From positions 132,494,001-132,558,000 of the forward strand of contig NC_043001.1 of the NCBI RefSeq assembly GCF_006345805.1: 64,000 nt of DNA, written 5' to 3'. Below are positions 25,577 through 39,464 of the stretch, piece after piece. The notes under the pieces were generated by a model. That model made no database searches, was not told the origin of the DNA, and worked only from the letters and a program-made list of their open reading frames with translations. A program made the position numbers and the translations under genes. Numbering within the stretch: the stretch's first letter is position 1; the number at the start of each line of letters is the position of its first letter. Origin of the DNA: Octopus sinensis. Taxonomy: Eukaryota.

Positions 25577-26172
25577 GTAATAGTTATCTCCACATAAAAG
25601 TGGATTTTGTGTTTAAACATAGAATACTGCAATAGTTACCAAGAGAGATTCTCATTTGAACTTGTGGAGCATAGAAGTACTCTTTTTTATTGCTAGTGGA
25701 AGATAATCAATCACCACTGTTGCTGCTGGGACTACCAGACAATGTAATTTTGACCTTCCTTGGCCATGCCAATTATAGATGCCTGAAAGCTGAAGATGGC
25801 GGCAATTCCTCCATCAGCAATATATATATACATAGAATGTCAGTGCTTACTGGTGTCACAAATAACCAGTGGGCTTGTTAAGAAATAATTAATAGTGACA
25901 GAAAGAGTATTAATACCAAAAGGTAATAGTTGTCCCCACATAAAAGTGGGTGTTGTGATAGCACACCGAATACTGATGTAATCACCATGAGGGAGCCTCT
26001 CATATGGATATGGACTTGTGGTGCATATAAACACTCTTGTTTATCACTAGCAGAAGATAATCAACTGCTATCATCACTACCAAGACTACTAGATCCCATG
26101 ATTTTAGCATTCCTTAGACCTTGTCAATGGTAGATGCCCAAAAGCTGCAGATAGCAGCAATTTCCTTGCCAA
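25577..26172 (-). mobile_element. Diverged second ~350-bp partial dimer of the 20.6-kb hammerhead family
   Basis: GTAATAGTTRTCYCCACATAAAAGTGG at 25577 and 25923; homologous to 20592-21165; degenerate HHR cores at 25732-25778 and 26086-26133. Confidence 0.7.
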
Positions 26173-27222
26173 CACACAGATTATTTTATATATGTGTGTG
26201 TATTGTTCAAATTATTAGAAATCATGTATTCTCATGGAATACAAAATTTAAATAAATTTGCATACCATGAGAATTTGATTCATTTGTTAATGCAGTCCCG
26301 TGCTATTTTTCTTGGACTCAGATTTTCATTTGCTATTTCTGTTATTGTGTTAAGGTTTTCAGTGTTGACGTGGTCAGTATATTTGTTGATAAGTAAGGTA
26401 CACAGTTTTATAATAGTTTATTGAAAGTCTTTTGAAGCTTGTTGTCACTAATCTCTTGTTTGGAAAATGCTACTCAAAGTGTTTCATTCAAATGATAATT
26501 CCTGCAGTGCATTATTTATATCATGACATGACAGCCTAGAAACAAGTTAATTTTTGTACAGCAAAATCGCTTTTGAATTGAGCTCAAGTGCAATATAAAA
26601 TATCAACAAGTGTACATCAACTTAGAGTATGATTTTGTTTATTTTAGAAACAAAACAATTTTAATTGTGTAATGTAGATGACTATCGTGATTCAGCCATG
26701 GGATAATTGCTTCAGTTTCAACACACAATCTCAGAACAAATACTACTCCAAAATACAATTTCCATGAATGAACAAAGGAACAGAGGCATAGAAATAACTC
26801 CACAGTCTTGCTGAGGATATAATAACCTTTCCAGTACAGGGGATAAAATGCACTCAGTACACTCTGTAATGTGGTTAACAAGAGAATGGGTTTATAGCTG
26901 TAGAAAACAGACCAAAGTGAAATGCATGAGCGAAATGTAGTGCCCAACTTGTCTAGAAGAGCAGTAACTCAGAATAAAAATTGATTCAGTTGATTATGAC
27001 CTGTCCAGCTCATGCCACCTTTGAAAAGCTGATGTAAAATGACAATGATGAGGATGAGAATGAATTGAAATTGTATAATTGTATTATGGCAGTGTCATCA
27101 TAGCTATTGAGCACAAGCATGAAACAAAAGTGATTATAAGAACAAATGTTAAATGCACATGCATATTAAAATACTGCAAGATTTCACTTATGCTGTGAAA
27201 ATATGTAAATATTTACAATGAC

Positions 27223-28867
27223 ACATATAAACATATATCTTTCTTGTGTATATATATAAACATATATCTTTCTTGTGTATATATATAAACATATATCTTT
27301 CTTGTGAATATATATAAACATATATCTTTCTTGTGTATATATAAACATATATCTTTCTTGTGTATATATAAACATATATATTTCTTGTGTATATATAAAC
27401 ATATATCTTTCTTGTGTATATATATAAACATATATCTTTCTTGTGTATATATATAAACATATATCTTTCTTGTGTATATATATAAACATATATCTTTCTT
27501 GTGTATATATAAACATATATCTTTCTTGTGAATATATATAACATATATCTTTCTTGTGTATATAAACATATATCTTTCTTGTGTATATATAAACATATAT
27601 CTTTCTTGTGATATATATAAACATATATCTTTCTTGTGTATATATAAACATATCTTTCTTGTGTATATAAACATATATTTTCTTGTGTATATATATAAAC
27701 ATATATCTTTCTTGTGTATATATAAACATATATATCTTTCTTGTGTATATAAAACATATATCTTTCTTGGTATATATAAACATATATCTTTCTTGTGTTA
27801 TATAAACATATATCTTTCTTGTGAATATATATAAACATACATCTTTCTTGTGTATATATAACATATATCTTTCTTGTGTATATAAACATATATCTTTCTT
27901 GTGTATATATAAACATATATCTTTCTTGTGAATATATATAAACATACATCTTTCTTGTGTATATATAAAATATATCTTTCTTGTGTATATATAAACATAT
28001 ATCTTTCTTGTGTATATATAAACATATATCTTTCTTGTGTATATATAAACAATATATCTTTCTTTCTTGTGTATAATATATAAACATATATCTTTCTTGT
28101 GTTATATAAACATATATCTTTCTTGTGTATATATAAACATATATCTTTCTTGTGTATATATATAAACATATATCTTTCTTGTGTATATATAAACATATAT
28201 CTTTCTTGTGTATATATATAAACATATATCTTTCTTGTGTATATATAAACATAAGTCTTTCTTGTGTATATATAAACATATATCTTTCTTGTGTATATAT
28301 AAACATATATCTTTCTTGTGTATATATAAACATATATCTTTCTTGTGTATATATAAACATATATCTTTCTTGTGTATATATAAACATATATCTTTCTTGT
28401 GTATATATAAACATATATCTTTCTTGTGTATATATAAACATATATCTTTCTTGTGTATATATATAAACATATATCTTTCTTGTGTATATATAAACATATA
28501 TCTTTCTTGTGTATATATAAACATATATCTTTCTTGTGAATATATATAAACATATATCTTTCTTGTGTATATATAAACATATATCTTTCTTGTGTATATA
28601 TAAACATATATCTTTCTTGTGTATATATAAACATATATCTTTCTTGTGTATATATAAACATATATCTTTCTTGTGTATATATAAATATATATCTTTCATG
28701 TGTATATATAAACATATATCTTTCTTGTGTATATATAAACATATATCTTTCATGTGTATATATAAACATATATCTTTCTTGTGTATATATAAACATATAT
28801 CTTTCATGTGTATATATAAACATATATCTTTCTTGTGTATATATAAACATATGTCTTTCTTGTGTAT
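27223..28867. repeat. 27-bp minisatellite (TATATATAAACATATATCTTTCTTGTG)n, roughly 60 copies
   Basis: Direct tandem repetition, with unit-length variation in the TA run. Confidence 0.97.
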
Positions 28868-29618
28868 TCCTTTTCTTTGTGAACAGAAGACAAATGCATG
28901 TTCTTATTCAAGTTTCAATTCAGTTTGGAACCATCCTGAGAGAGACTATGTACACCTCCTTCTGACCACACAGAACTACATAGTTAATGGCTTTATAAAC
29001 CAATAAAATTTGATAATATCAGCGAATTAGAGATTTGAATTTGCATAATATTTTTAGTACTTGCTCTGCAAGTTAATTCAATTAAATATTAGAATTAATC
29101 ATTATTCAGGTGAGATGCTCATATGCTAACTAAGATACTCTCATGGAATATGACTAAATGAAGTTTATTTTTCAACACGGTCCCCCCATCCCACCTCCAC
29201 TGCAGCCCACACACTACTCCCATCGGTGTTGCAGTGCTTGGATCCCATTAGGGAAGAAGCTTTCATCCTGTTGGTCAAAAAAGTCATCCATAGCAAAATG
29301 CGATGTCATCATCACTGCAATACAGGTTCCCAGCCAAGTGTTTTTTCATGTTGGGGAACAGATGATTGTCAGATGAGGCCAAATCAAGATAATAGGGAGG
29401 TTGAGGAATCAGTTCAAAGCTACAGTCATGCACAGCAGCCTTTGAAAGCAAGACTTGTATGATGGAGCATTGTCCTAATGAAAAAAAAACCCCTTTCATA
29501 AGTTTCCTTGTGTGTTTCATTTTGATAGCCTTTTGTAACTGACTTAGGAAATTGGTATAGTACTCTCCATTGATTGTTTGGCTTTTTTGAAGACAATCAA
29601 TATACACAATTTGTACTA

Positions 29619-30006
29619 GAAGCACTCCGTCGGTTACGACGATGAGGGTTCCGGTTGATCCGATCAACAGAACAGCCTGCTCGTGAAATTAACGTGTAAG
29701 TAGCTGAGCACTCCACAGACACATGCACCCTTAATGTAGTTCTCGGGGATGTAGTTCTCGGGCATGACACAGAGAGTGACAAGGCCGGCCCTTTGAAATA
29801 CAGGTACAACAGAAACAGGAAGTAACAGTAAGAGAAAGATGTGGTGAAAGAGTACAGCAGGGATCACCACCATCCCTGCCGGAGCATCGTGGAGCTTTTA
29901 GGTGTTTTCGCTCAATAAACACTCACAACGCCCGGTCTGGGAATCGAAACCGCGATCCTACGACCGCGAGTCCGCTGCCCTAACCACTGGGCCATTGCGC
30001 CTCCAC
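29619..30006 (-). mobile_element. tRNA-derived SINE family C with 14-bp TSD
   Basis: Head GGAGGCGCAATGGCCCAGTGGTTAGGGCAGCGG..GGTTTCGATTCCC; TSD CACAATTYGTACTA at 29605-29618 and 30007-30020. Confidence 0.9.
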
Positions 30007-30373
30007 CACAATTCGTACTACATCCCAAACAACAGAGGCCATCACCCTCCCTGCTGAGGAAACAACCTTGGCCTTCTTTGGAGCAGGTGAAAAGGAGTTT
30101 TCATTGCACAGATTGTCTCTTTGTCTCTTGGTCAATATGATCAGCTAAATACTCACTTTGGATGAGGAAATGCTCAAGAAAACCAGTTGGATCTGTCTCA
30201 GACAATGATCAGATTTTCTGTGATGTGATCAGCCAGGTGCACATTTGATCAGGTGTCAGAAGATATGGCACCCAACAAGCAGAAGCCTTCATCGTGCCAA
30301 GCTCAATGTGCACAATATTCCCAACTCTCTCGCAGGATATACTAATAGCACCAGCTATTTGATTTAGAGTCAA

Positions 30374-30775
30374 CTAGCAGTATCGCCCGGCGTTGCTCGG
30401 GTTTCTAAGGGAAATAACTATATAAGCATTTTTAGAGATGTAAAGTATAATAGCCATCTCAATATGGCTAACCACAAAGGGGGGGGGGAGGGTGTTACTA
30501 TAGCTTTTTACGTTCTGAGATTTAATAATAAATTTTTAGAGAGTTACTTCCCTTATATATGCCAAAAATGCATTAAAAATGGGAAAAAATGATGGTAAAT
30601 TTTTTTTAAATCGTAGACTCATCGTAGACGTGCACTAATACCCAGAAGGGCTCGATATTAATCACGACAATAAGATACCCGGTTTTTGTTAAACTGCACC
30701 GCAAAATGTTGGAGTAGTTAGGAATCTAAATCGTAGGAGACAGACAGCACACAACCTCACTTTTATATATAAAGA
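30374..30775 (-). mobile_element. Non-autonomous Helitron (same family as 21775-22156)
   Basis: Same TC...hairpin-CTAG termini; A|T insertion inside the mariner. Confidence 0.88.
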
Positions 30776-33700
30776 TTGCTTGTCACCATGTGGTGATTAC
30801 GATCAATGTCTTCCTCAGTGATGGCCTTTGCATGACGTCCAGATGTCAGGTTATTTTTAAGATTCTCCATTCCCCTCCTAAATTCAGCTGACCACTTTTG
30901 CAATGTTAAACATTCCACCCAAGACCATCCCATCTCCTTTTCAGGCTTGCTGAATTTATTACTATTATATCCAATGCATCCTTTTTTTCTTAAAAGAAGG
31001 TAAGTTTGAAGGACATTTGGCTGTGATTTCTAGCAGGTTAAGTGACCACATAAAGTTTATCATGCTGGTTCAATTTATAATGAATTATTTTGTTGCTGAA
31101 CCTATATTTTGTTCTCAGACCTATAGTCAAACGCATCCCAGTTGTTGGTTAGTCTTAAGTCATCTCAGATGCAGCAGAATTATGATCAAAGATGTTCCAG
31201 TCATGACCATTCAGTTTTTTAAATATTTTTTTGTCACTAGTCCTTCTAGAATTACATTATTCAATACACTCTCCACTTCCTTTTTAAAACTGAGTGTGAA
31301 CAGAGAAAGATTTAGTTATTATTTCTTGTAGGTCAAGTAACCTTATAGAAGCTATCTCACCAGCTCAACTTATTCTTAGTTATTAATAAAGGTTTCAGCT
31401 ATGGATACAGAAGCATATCATAAAGAGAAATATTCAAGAAGGGTTGATAAGTTAAACCATTATGTAATGTTCCAAATGTTTGCAAAAGTTAAATAGTTGT
31501 ATTTAATTATTTTTTATCTTTTATTTTTTATTTTTATTTATCTTTCTTTTTGTGTGGTACAATACACCATTCTTAAATTCTAGCTGACCTAATTAATTTT
31601 AATTTTCCCAAAAAACAAAGCCAGTTTTATTTACGATGTCTATGTCTTAAATTACATATGTCTTTAACTATTCATCTTTTAATTACCTGCAGCAGGCATA
31701 GAAAAGAATACTACATGAAAAATAAACCAATATCTTTAATGGTATTGTTTTAAGGATGAAAGAAAATGTATATCAAACAAATTATGTTCATTTACTTACT
31801 AATTTTTCACAAACTAATTAACAGTGTATTATTCTTATTTCCTATTTGTGCAGAACTAACAACTTTTTACTTTATTTCAAAAGATACATCGAACTTTTCT
31901 AAAACTTTTCAAATTTTATTCCCTTCAAGCCATAAAATGAAAATATACTGCAAAAAGAAAAAAAAACATATCTTTGTCCTATATTTCAATCAAACTACAT
32001 TCAAAAGGATAATTAGTTGAGTAAATATGACATCATTTACAGTCAAAAATGAACAAAATAACCCAAGAAATTCCAATACAAATCATCACAGACATTTTAA
32101 TTTTATTATATTTTGTTTATGTGAGTAATGATAAGACCTATAACATGTACTAGGTAAGGTAAGAAAAATATCAAGATAGAAAAAGATACACATGCACAAG
32201 CAGCCATACATATATGTATTTGCAATATTTTGTTTAGATCTGATGAATTTTTATAATCATGCTTTTGATAAGAGTGTACATAATGTTTACATTGAAAATA
32301 AACTCAAATCTGTCTTTCTGAACAATGATATACTAACGAAACCCAACCAAGTTTCTATTACAAATTCAAATAAGAAGCAAAAAAATTTTTATAAATTATT
32401 ATTCGTATTATATTCCACTTGGGTTTCATTTCATGATTTCAGCATTAAATTTTAATGAAAACTATTTTTTTTAAAAAAAAGCAAAAGTTTACTTTATTAA
32501 AAAAAAAATTATACTAGTAGTAAAAAGATGATAGTAGTTATGTAGTGAAAATAAAGGATAGGGAGTGTCAAACAGGACCTCACTGAGAGTAACATTTCCC
32601 AAAAGGAATTAAATGCAAAAGAAGTGAGTCCAGCTAATAATTAGCCATAGCAGAAGCTATGTGTCATCATCAAAGGCTGAATTTCAGTTAGCAAATGTCA
32701 GCACCCCTTTTGTATAGTTTTCATGTGTGACATCTGTACACTTGTAATTATCAACTGCACCAATATGGTCATAAAAACTACTAAGCCTCAACTAGCCACT
32801 AATAGTAATTTCTGCGTTATTTGATAAAAAAAAATCTTTTTTCAAAGGATTGATTCACAATGTTTCAATTAAGTTAAATTCTGACGTTTACTATGCTGGG
32901 GCAATTTATGCTTTTCTCTCTCAACTTTTCCCCACCTTTCTCTCACTTTTCTCTCTCTTTCTAGGCCACCCTTTTACTCTCAGCTTTGTACTCCCTCTTA
33001 CAAAGCATACAATTAACAATGTTAATATTGTAATATCTTCTTTTCACTCTTTCTCTATTTTTTTTTTATCTGCTGCTATCCTTTATTAGTGAAGCTTACT
33101 AAATTCTCTTCTGATTTCACTTAGCTATCAGTGTCTGCTGGTAATTCTGATATAATACCCTTGCTTTCTTTCTACATCAAATTTTCTAGGTGTGAAAATG
33201 CAATGATCAGTTATTTACAGATAAAGCATATGACTAATTATAGTCTAATCTAACTAAAAATTGTTGTTCATTTCTCTAGGATCTTATTATGCATTTAATT
33301 CTTCCAGTTTGGCATTGACTTAAATAGTCTCAATAACACCTTTTTTATTTCTTAACTGACAAAACTAGTTAATCATTGACAATTCATGCTACACAATACA
33401 TACTTCCACTATCATAGTTTTAGATTATATATTTCATTTACAAATTCAGTCACATGCTGAAACTGGTCTATTGTCTAGAATGTTGTTGATGATGATGATG
33501 AGTGTATAACTGTATCCCATTTGAACACCACAAAGATACTATTTTCATTTATCATATCTAGGACAAGTGAGTTTGGTGGAACCTATCTCTGTTAGCACTA
33601 CAAGCAAATGAAATACTTGCCAATTATACAGAAATGTTGCTAATTCCAGTGGTAAGCTTTATGGTCATGTGGTCCCATTTCTGTTTTCATTTTGAGCCCT

Positions 33701-33804
33701 CAAACTTATAAGGCTGGTTACCCAGTTCCATAATGAATAACTGATTGAGATCACACTATCTCCCACAATGGGATGCTGGTCCACTGCAAGGTTCAAAGCT
33801 AACA

Positions 33805-33995
33805 ATTTTTGAGGGAAGGGAGCAAATCAATTGAATCAACCCCATTACTTGACAAGTACTTTATTTTATTGACTCAAAGAGATGAAAGATACAGTTGAAC
33901 TTGGCAGGAATTGAATTCAGAATGTAAAAAGCTGAAAGAACTGCTGCTATGCATTTTGTCTGATGCGATAATAATTCCCTCAACTTGCTGCCTTA
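33805..33995 (-). mobile_element. Degraded SINE family B
   Basis: GATGAAAGATACAGTTGAACTTGGCAGGAATTGAATTCAGAATG matches the reverse complement of the family core. Confidence 0.65.
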
Positions 33996-34027
33996 ATACC
34001 TATTTGCAAAAAGCTAAATGTCTCAGA

Positions 34028-34760
34028 CTACATTATTTACATTCGACAGATATTTGTCCTCATCTTGTTTGTTGTTAACACAATGTTTCAGCTGATATAC
34101 CTTCCAGCCTTCTTCAGGTGTCTTGGGAAAATTTCAAATGTGGGTTCTCATTCCTAAGGTATTTTTTGATGTTGTTATTATTATTATTATTATTATTATT
34201 GTTCAGGTCCCTGCTTGGAATTGAACTCGGAATCTTGGGGTTAGTAGCCCGCACTCTTATCCACTATGCCATATGCCCATGGGCAATTATGGAGTGAATT
34301 TTAGGGCTTATAAATCTGATATTTTTCTATCCTTCCTTAATACCAGTTCCCATATGCTACTCATATCTGCATTCAGTCTGCTTAGGAGGTTGTTGTGTCC
34401 AAGCATATGTGCTGCTTCTTTTAGTTTTCATATTTTCCAGTGGTGTTCTCTGTCTATTATTTTAACTTCATCCTACAGGGGGAGGTGGTCTCCATTTTTC
34501 CATACATGATCAGCTATACTCGATTTATCAATATCTCCTTATGTCACAGCTTTGTGATGTTCGTCTACCCTTATTCTAGTGGGGCAGCATGTTTTACCTT
34601 TGTATAAACTAACACACTGCATGGGATGGAGTACATGCAGTTCTGGGTCATATTCTCTTCTATTGGTGGTTTTACTCAAAGGAGATATTTGCAAAGTGTT
34701 GTATCTCCTTTGAGTAAAAATATCTCCTTTGTTTTAATTATGTGCTTGTTTTAAAATTTG
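34028..34760 (-). mobile_element. Penelope-like element remnant (GIY-YIG endonuclease + 3' pLTR)
   Basis: Minus-strand peptide fragments CMYSIPCS..YKGKT..R..EH..KSSIADHVWKNGDH..EVKIIDREHHWKI.KLKEAAHM, typical of PLE GIY-YIG, followed by a tRNA-like module and an HHR. Confidence 0.85.
34077..34122 (-). ncRNA. Penelope-associated minimal hammerhead (decayed)
   Basis: GACAC-CUGAAGA-AGGCUG GAAGGUAUAU CAGCU-GAAAC-AUU/GUGUU; stem III is probably a CpG-decayed AACGUU palindrome. Confidence 0.7.
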
Positions 34761-34774
34761 AGATTACATAGACA

Positions 34775-34779
<5 letters not shown>

Positions 34780-34824
<45 letters not shown>

Positions 34825-34856
34825 TATTATCATCATCATCATCACCATCATCATCA

Positions 34857-34889
<33 letters not shown>

Positions 34890-35108
34890 TATTATTATTA
34901 TCATCATCATCATCACCATCATCATCATCATTATTATTATTATTTTTTTTTTTCTTCTTTCAAATTTGCTTCCATTTCTTGCCGAGTGTCTTCCCGACTC
35001 CTAGGGCAAAGAAACTCATAGTATACATTGGTAGGCCATTAAACCAAACTCAATAGTTCGTTCATTTTTTTTTTATCATTATTATTATTATCATTATTAT
35101 TATTATTA

Positions 35109-35147
<39 letters not shown>

Positions 35148-35149
35148 CA

Positions 35150-35204
<55 letters not shown>

Positions 35205-35230
35205 TATTATTATCATTATTACTATTATTA
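34780..35230. repeat. (ATT)n/(CAT)n microsatellite cluster
   Basis: Directly visible. Confidence 0.95.
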
Positions 35231-35298
35231 AGGTGAAGGTGCATGGCTCAGTTGGTAGAGCATCAAGCTTACGATTGTGAGGTTGTGTGTTCGAATCA

Positions 35299-35548
35299 CT
35301 ATAATAGTTTCAGTATTAAAGTGAAACTATTAAAGTGAAAGCATCTGACATTACAACAGAGAGATGTTTTTGTTTCACTTTTAACACATAATACTGAAAT
35401 AGTGGAGAAGATATGATATTGCCTTAGGCAAGAAGTTAAAAATTTTTTTTGCCCATGACACTTAAATTTGAATGAAATTGGTTGTGTAGTTCTCAAGTTT
35501 TAGGGATTCACACATACAGACACACATTCTCAGTTTTATATATATAGA
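35299..35548 (-). mobile_element. Helitron-like 5' fragment truncating a tRNA-SINE head (35231-35298)
   Basis: Minus strand begins TCTATATATATAAAACTGAG; adjacent tRNA-like head TGGCTCAGTTGGTAGAGC..GTTCGAATC. Confidence 0.55.
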
Positions 35549-38012
35549 TTGTAATAGACATGTAAAAGCAGGGCTAGAGTGAAACAAACACTTCGATCAG
35601 TCCAAATATGTTTGGGACATATATTTACTGTACAAAAGCTATAATCACTGTTGTTTTGCCATTGAGAATAATTCTCACCTTAGGTAATAAATGCTAAAAA
35701 AAAACACCAACAATCATTTCAAGCACCCTTTAGTGAAGTGGTGAATGCATTTCTTCCTTCTTGGCTATCATTAGCATCATGTTTTGATATTGATTTACTA
35801 TAAAGAAATTAAGGCTCCAAAGTCATTTCAGGGTTGTCTCTCTTACAGTACATGTAAGTACAGTACATGATAACTAAGAAGCTAGAAATGCATTTACTGC
35901 TGCTCTGCCAGAGGTCACCTTGAGATGACTGTCATTTTTTCACACATATATAATTTACTTTTTCCAGAAGTTTCTGACAAATCAAAGATGCATTGATGTT
36001 AGAAGTATAATTGATATGTATACAAGATTGAAAGTTTTCTTTATAAATAAATAGTAAAATGGTTTTTGTAACAGTAATCTAAAGTTAAACAGATGTTTAA
36101 ATATTTTGCTGTCTCTTAATATTCTGTTCTACAGAAAAAAAAACATAATTTTCAAAGGATCACCTAATTGTAATGAAGCATTGATAATTATTCAGGTACT
36201 AATATGAACATCACACACACATACACACACACACACAAACTTTGCCATCCCAATAATTTATATTATCAAAACAGAAATTTAAAAAACGGTCTTTTAAATA
36301 TCATTTAGAAATGTGTGATACACATTTCAGATCCTATCAACCAAATTACACCATCCATTCACTCAAACAGGTATTATTTCATTGAAAAAAAATCTAACAT
36401 TGTGAAATAGAATATGAAACAAAAAAAAACAGAAAGAAAAGTACAGGTAGAGTCTCCCTTGAGAGATTATGTCCAGTTGCGTTCAGACAAAACTCATGCC
36501 AACATTTCTATCTGTATTCAAAAGGCAAATTTCTCTATAACCCTCTATGCAGTCAGGCAGCTCACCAAACTTTTATTCCCATGAAAACCATTAGTCATCT
36601 AGCCATTTCAGGCAAATAGCAACAAATCTTCAGATATCCCCCACTAACACACACACAAACACACACACTCACACAAACACACAGATGTGTACAAGCACAC
36701 TTTTATTGATAATTTAATTTCAATTGTGACGAAACTGGAAAAAGAACAATAAAAATAAATCTGAGTAAGAGAAGAACAGAATTTAATGGAAGCGGCAGAT
36801 ATGCAGATATCTTACAGTTGATAATTGAAAAACAAGTTGCAAGAGAGAATTCTTGCAGCTTTTGTTTTCTAAAGAATATATAAATAAATAAAAAAAATAG
36901 AATTTAAATCCACTGTCCAGTTAAAATTTGATGAAAGTAATATTTATTGTGAGATGCTAAATTTTAATGATGTATATAAGTTGTCATCTTGTTATGAGTG
37001 TGTATGAAAAGAATATTGATAATGAGATTATCCTGATTGATATAAGTAGAACTAAATTATCACATTTGACAAATATGACATGTTAAATTACCATACTACA
37101 TCCCAATGTTAAATTCTATGTATGGGCTAGCAAATGAAATAAAAATTCATCAGTGTCAAAATAAGGTTTTGTTTGTTTTTGTTTTAACAACAACAACACG
37201 AGAACAACAACAACAATAATAATAATAATAATCACAATGATAATAATGAATGTAAGAAGATGTTAGGGTTTATAAAATTAGTTTCATTGCCTTTTATCTG
37301 GAATACAATCAAAAATGTATGTTATGAGGAAACACACTGATTTGAGTTGTAAAGATAAAAACGGGGGGTGGGGTGGAAAAAACAACCAAAAATAATAGAA
37401 AAAGAAACAAAAATGAAGCAAACAATTCAAATAAATATGTAATTTGTAAACCTCCTTATGTTTATTTTATTGCTACTATAGTTGTTAACATTTGTTTATT
37501 CAGGCCAGTGAGAGTTAAGTGGATTATTGCAAAGGAAAATACAGGTTGTCTCATTAAATTGGTAGAGGTAGTTTGGCGGTAAGGTATATATAAGAGCACG
37601 GCATTGGAGAATGTTCCTTTCTTTTCTCTTGTTGCTTACATTTGCAGAATATTGAAGTAAACATAATGTAAAGCAAACTGGACAGCTTGTTTTAATAATA
37701 CTTAAGAGTATAACAAATCTTTATTAAAAATACACAAATCTATTAAATTACTTTTAGACTAGTTTGTTTAATATAATATAATATAAAAATGAATATAATA
37801 TAATATACATAGGAATGTGTATAAAGATAAACACGCTCTTTATATATATATATATATAATATATATATATATATATGAGTATGTACAGACATAATATATT
37901 CATATACTAATGTGCATAAACACATCTATATGTATACAGTGTATGCATATTTATATAGATTAACATACAAATGTACACACACACACATATATATGTATGT
38001 GTGCATATGTGC

Positions 38013-38051
<39 letters not shown>

Positions 38052-38923
38052 CACACACACATATACATACATATATAAATACAATATATATAAGCATAAT
38101 GCAATATATACATGCATGCATGTATATATATATATATATAAACACACATACACCTATATATATGCTTACACATATATATATGTATATACACTTATACATG
38201 TATATGAATGTGTCTTCTAAATTAGGAATTTCTACTCTAAATTAATAAGTAACATACATGTATTTATTTTCCTTTATTTGCTTTTTAAAAAACCATGCAT
38301 ATTTTGCATAGGGTAAACAGAAGCTCTTATCCAATTTGAATGCTTCAAAATTGAATATAACACTTTCTAAATTACTTATTTCTAAGTAGCTGACTTCAGC
38401 TCCATTGTACATACCAGCAGCAAAATAAAGTTAACTGAGAAGTTCTAATGAATTTAAACCCTGTTATTTTATAAATTACATTCTTCACACATGAATTTCT
38501 TATGTTTTCAGAATTGATTCTATCTTTTAAACAGTTTAGTCTTATCACATTGATTAGCATCAGACAGATAACCAAATTTAATTTTAGCTTTGAACAAAGA
38601 ATTATTCCTCCTCTCTTTCTTTTTCTCCCTTGCTTTCTCTTTATCTCCCTACTTCCTTTTTCTCTATTATGCTTTTGCTTTGCTATACTGTCATATCCAG
38701 TTCTTTTATTTTATTCTTTTATGGCTTATCTGTTGTCAACTAATGAAATGAATGAACTACTTGCCATTTTTATTATCACAGGTATTCATCAATGGGTGAT
38801 TTGCTGTACTGACTTTATAGATGAGACCAGTTAAGCCAAATGGACCCAACAGTACTCTTGCCTACACTCTGAAGGGGAAGCTGAATTCACCAAAGCAAGC
38901 CAAGAAAACACTTAATATTTGGT

Positions 38924-39153
38924 TTAACCCTTTCGTTACTGTATTTATTTTGAGATGCTCTCTGTTTCTTTCAATTAATTTTAAATATAACAAATAATTT
39001 AGTAAAATAACTTAGTTATCATTCAGCTAGTATTAGAAATATAAATTGCTACTAAGGTTTAGTGGTATATTTTGATGCAAAACTTATGAAAACAAGACAT
39101 TTGTACTACAGAGCCAGAGCCGGTTTTGGCCGGGTTGGTAACAAAAGGGTTAA
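38924..39153. mobile_element. TTAA-flanked piggyBac-type MITE
   Basis: TTAA CCCTTTCGTTAC ... GTAACAAAAGGG TTAA; second copy at 54430. Confidence 0.88.
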
Positions 39154-39464
39154 TGCTGGTTACCTAATTGCACCTAGATGAGCTGGACCATTGAAAGTAT
39201 GTGTTTTGGCTATAAGCAAAGTGCAATGCTTGCAGCTGAATATGAACTTTTCATGCTCTGGTAAATTGACCAATATATTTTCAACTTATTTCTTAGCCAA
39301 AGGAAGAAGAGAAGCGCTCATTCCATTTGTCAGCGCCACTTGTCAAACTGGTGGGAGGAAGGTTAGAAGTTGTCTTCAGCCTGCAGACCTGGTTTGAATG
39401 CTTGTTTCAGAATCAACATTGCTAAAGTTACCCAAAGATAAAAATGGTATGGTTAGACAATGTA

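Larger units (their letters stand above)
29160..30910 (-). mobile_element. Decayed mariner (DD34D-type) transposase fossil with nested SINE and Helitron
   Basis: Minus-strand peptides QKWSAEFRRG..SGR, TINGEYY, AAVHDCSFELIPQPPYYLDLASSDNHLFPNMKKHL and GIQALQHRWE. Confidence 0.88.

Noticed and set aside
27223-28867. CRISPR-like array
   Set aside because: No unique spacers, eukaryotic context and no cas genes.
27184-29006. Long ORFs up to 539 aa (YTQERYMFI / HKKDICLYI repeats)
   Set aside because: By-product of a 27-bp minisatellite; several frames are open at once and the repeat drifts between frames.
29930-30006. tRNA gene
   Set aside because: It is the head of a SINE with body and TSD; the other tRNA-like segments (34215, 35240, 55757) are likewise repeat-derived.
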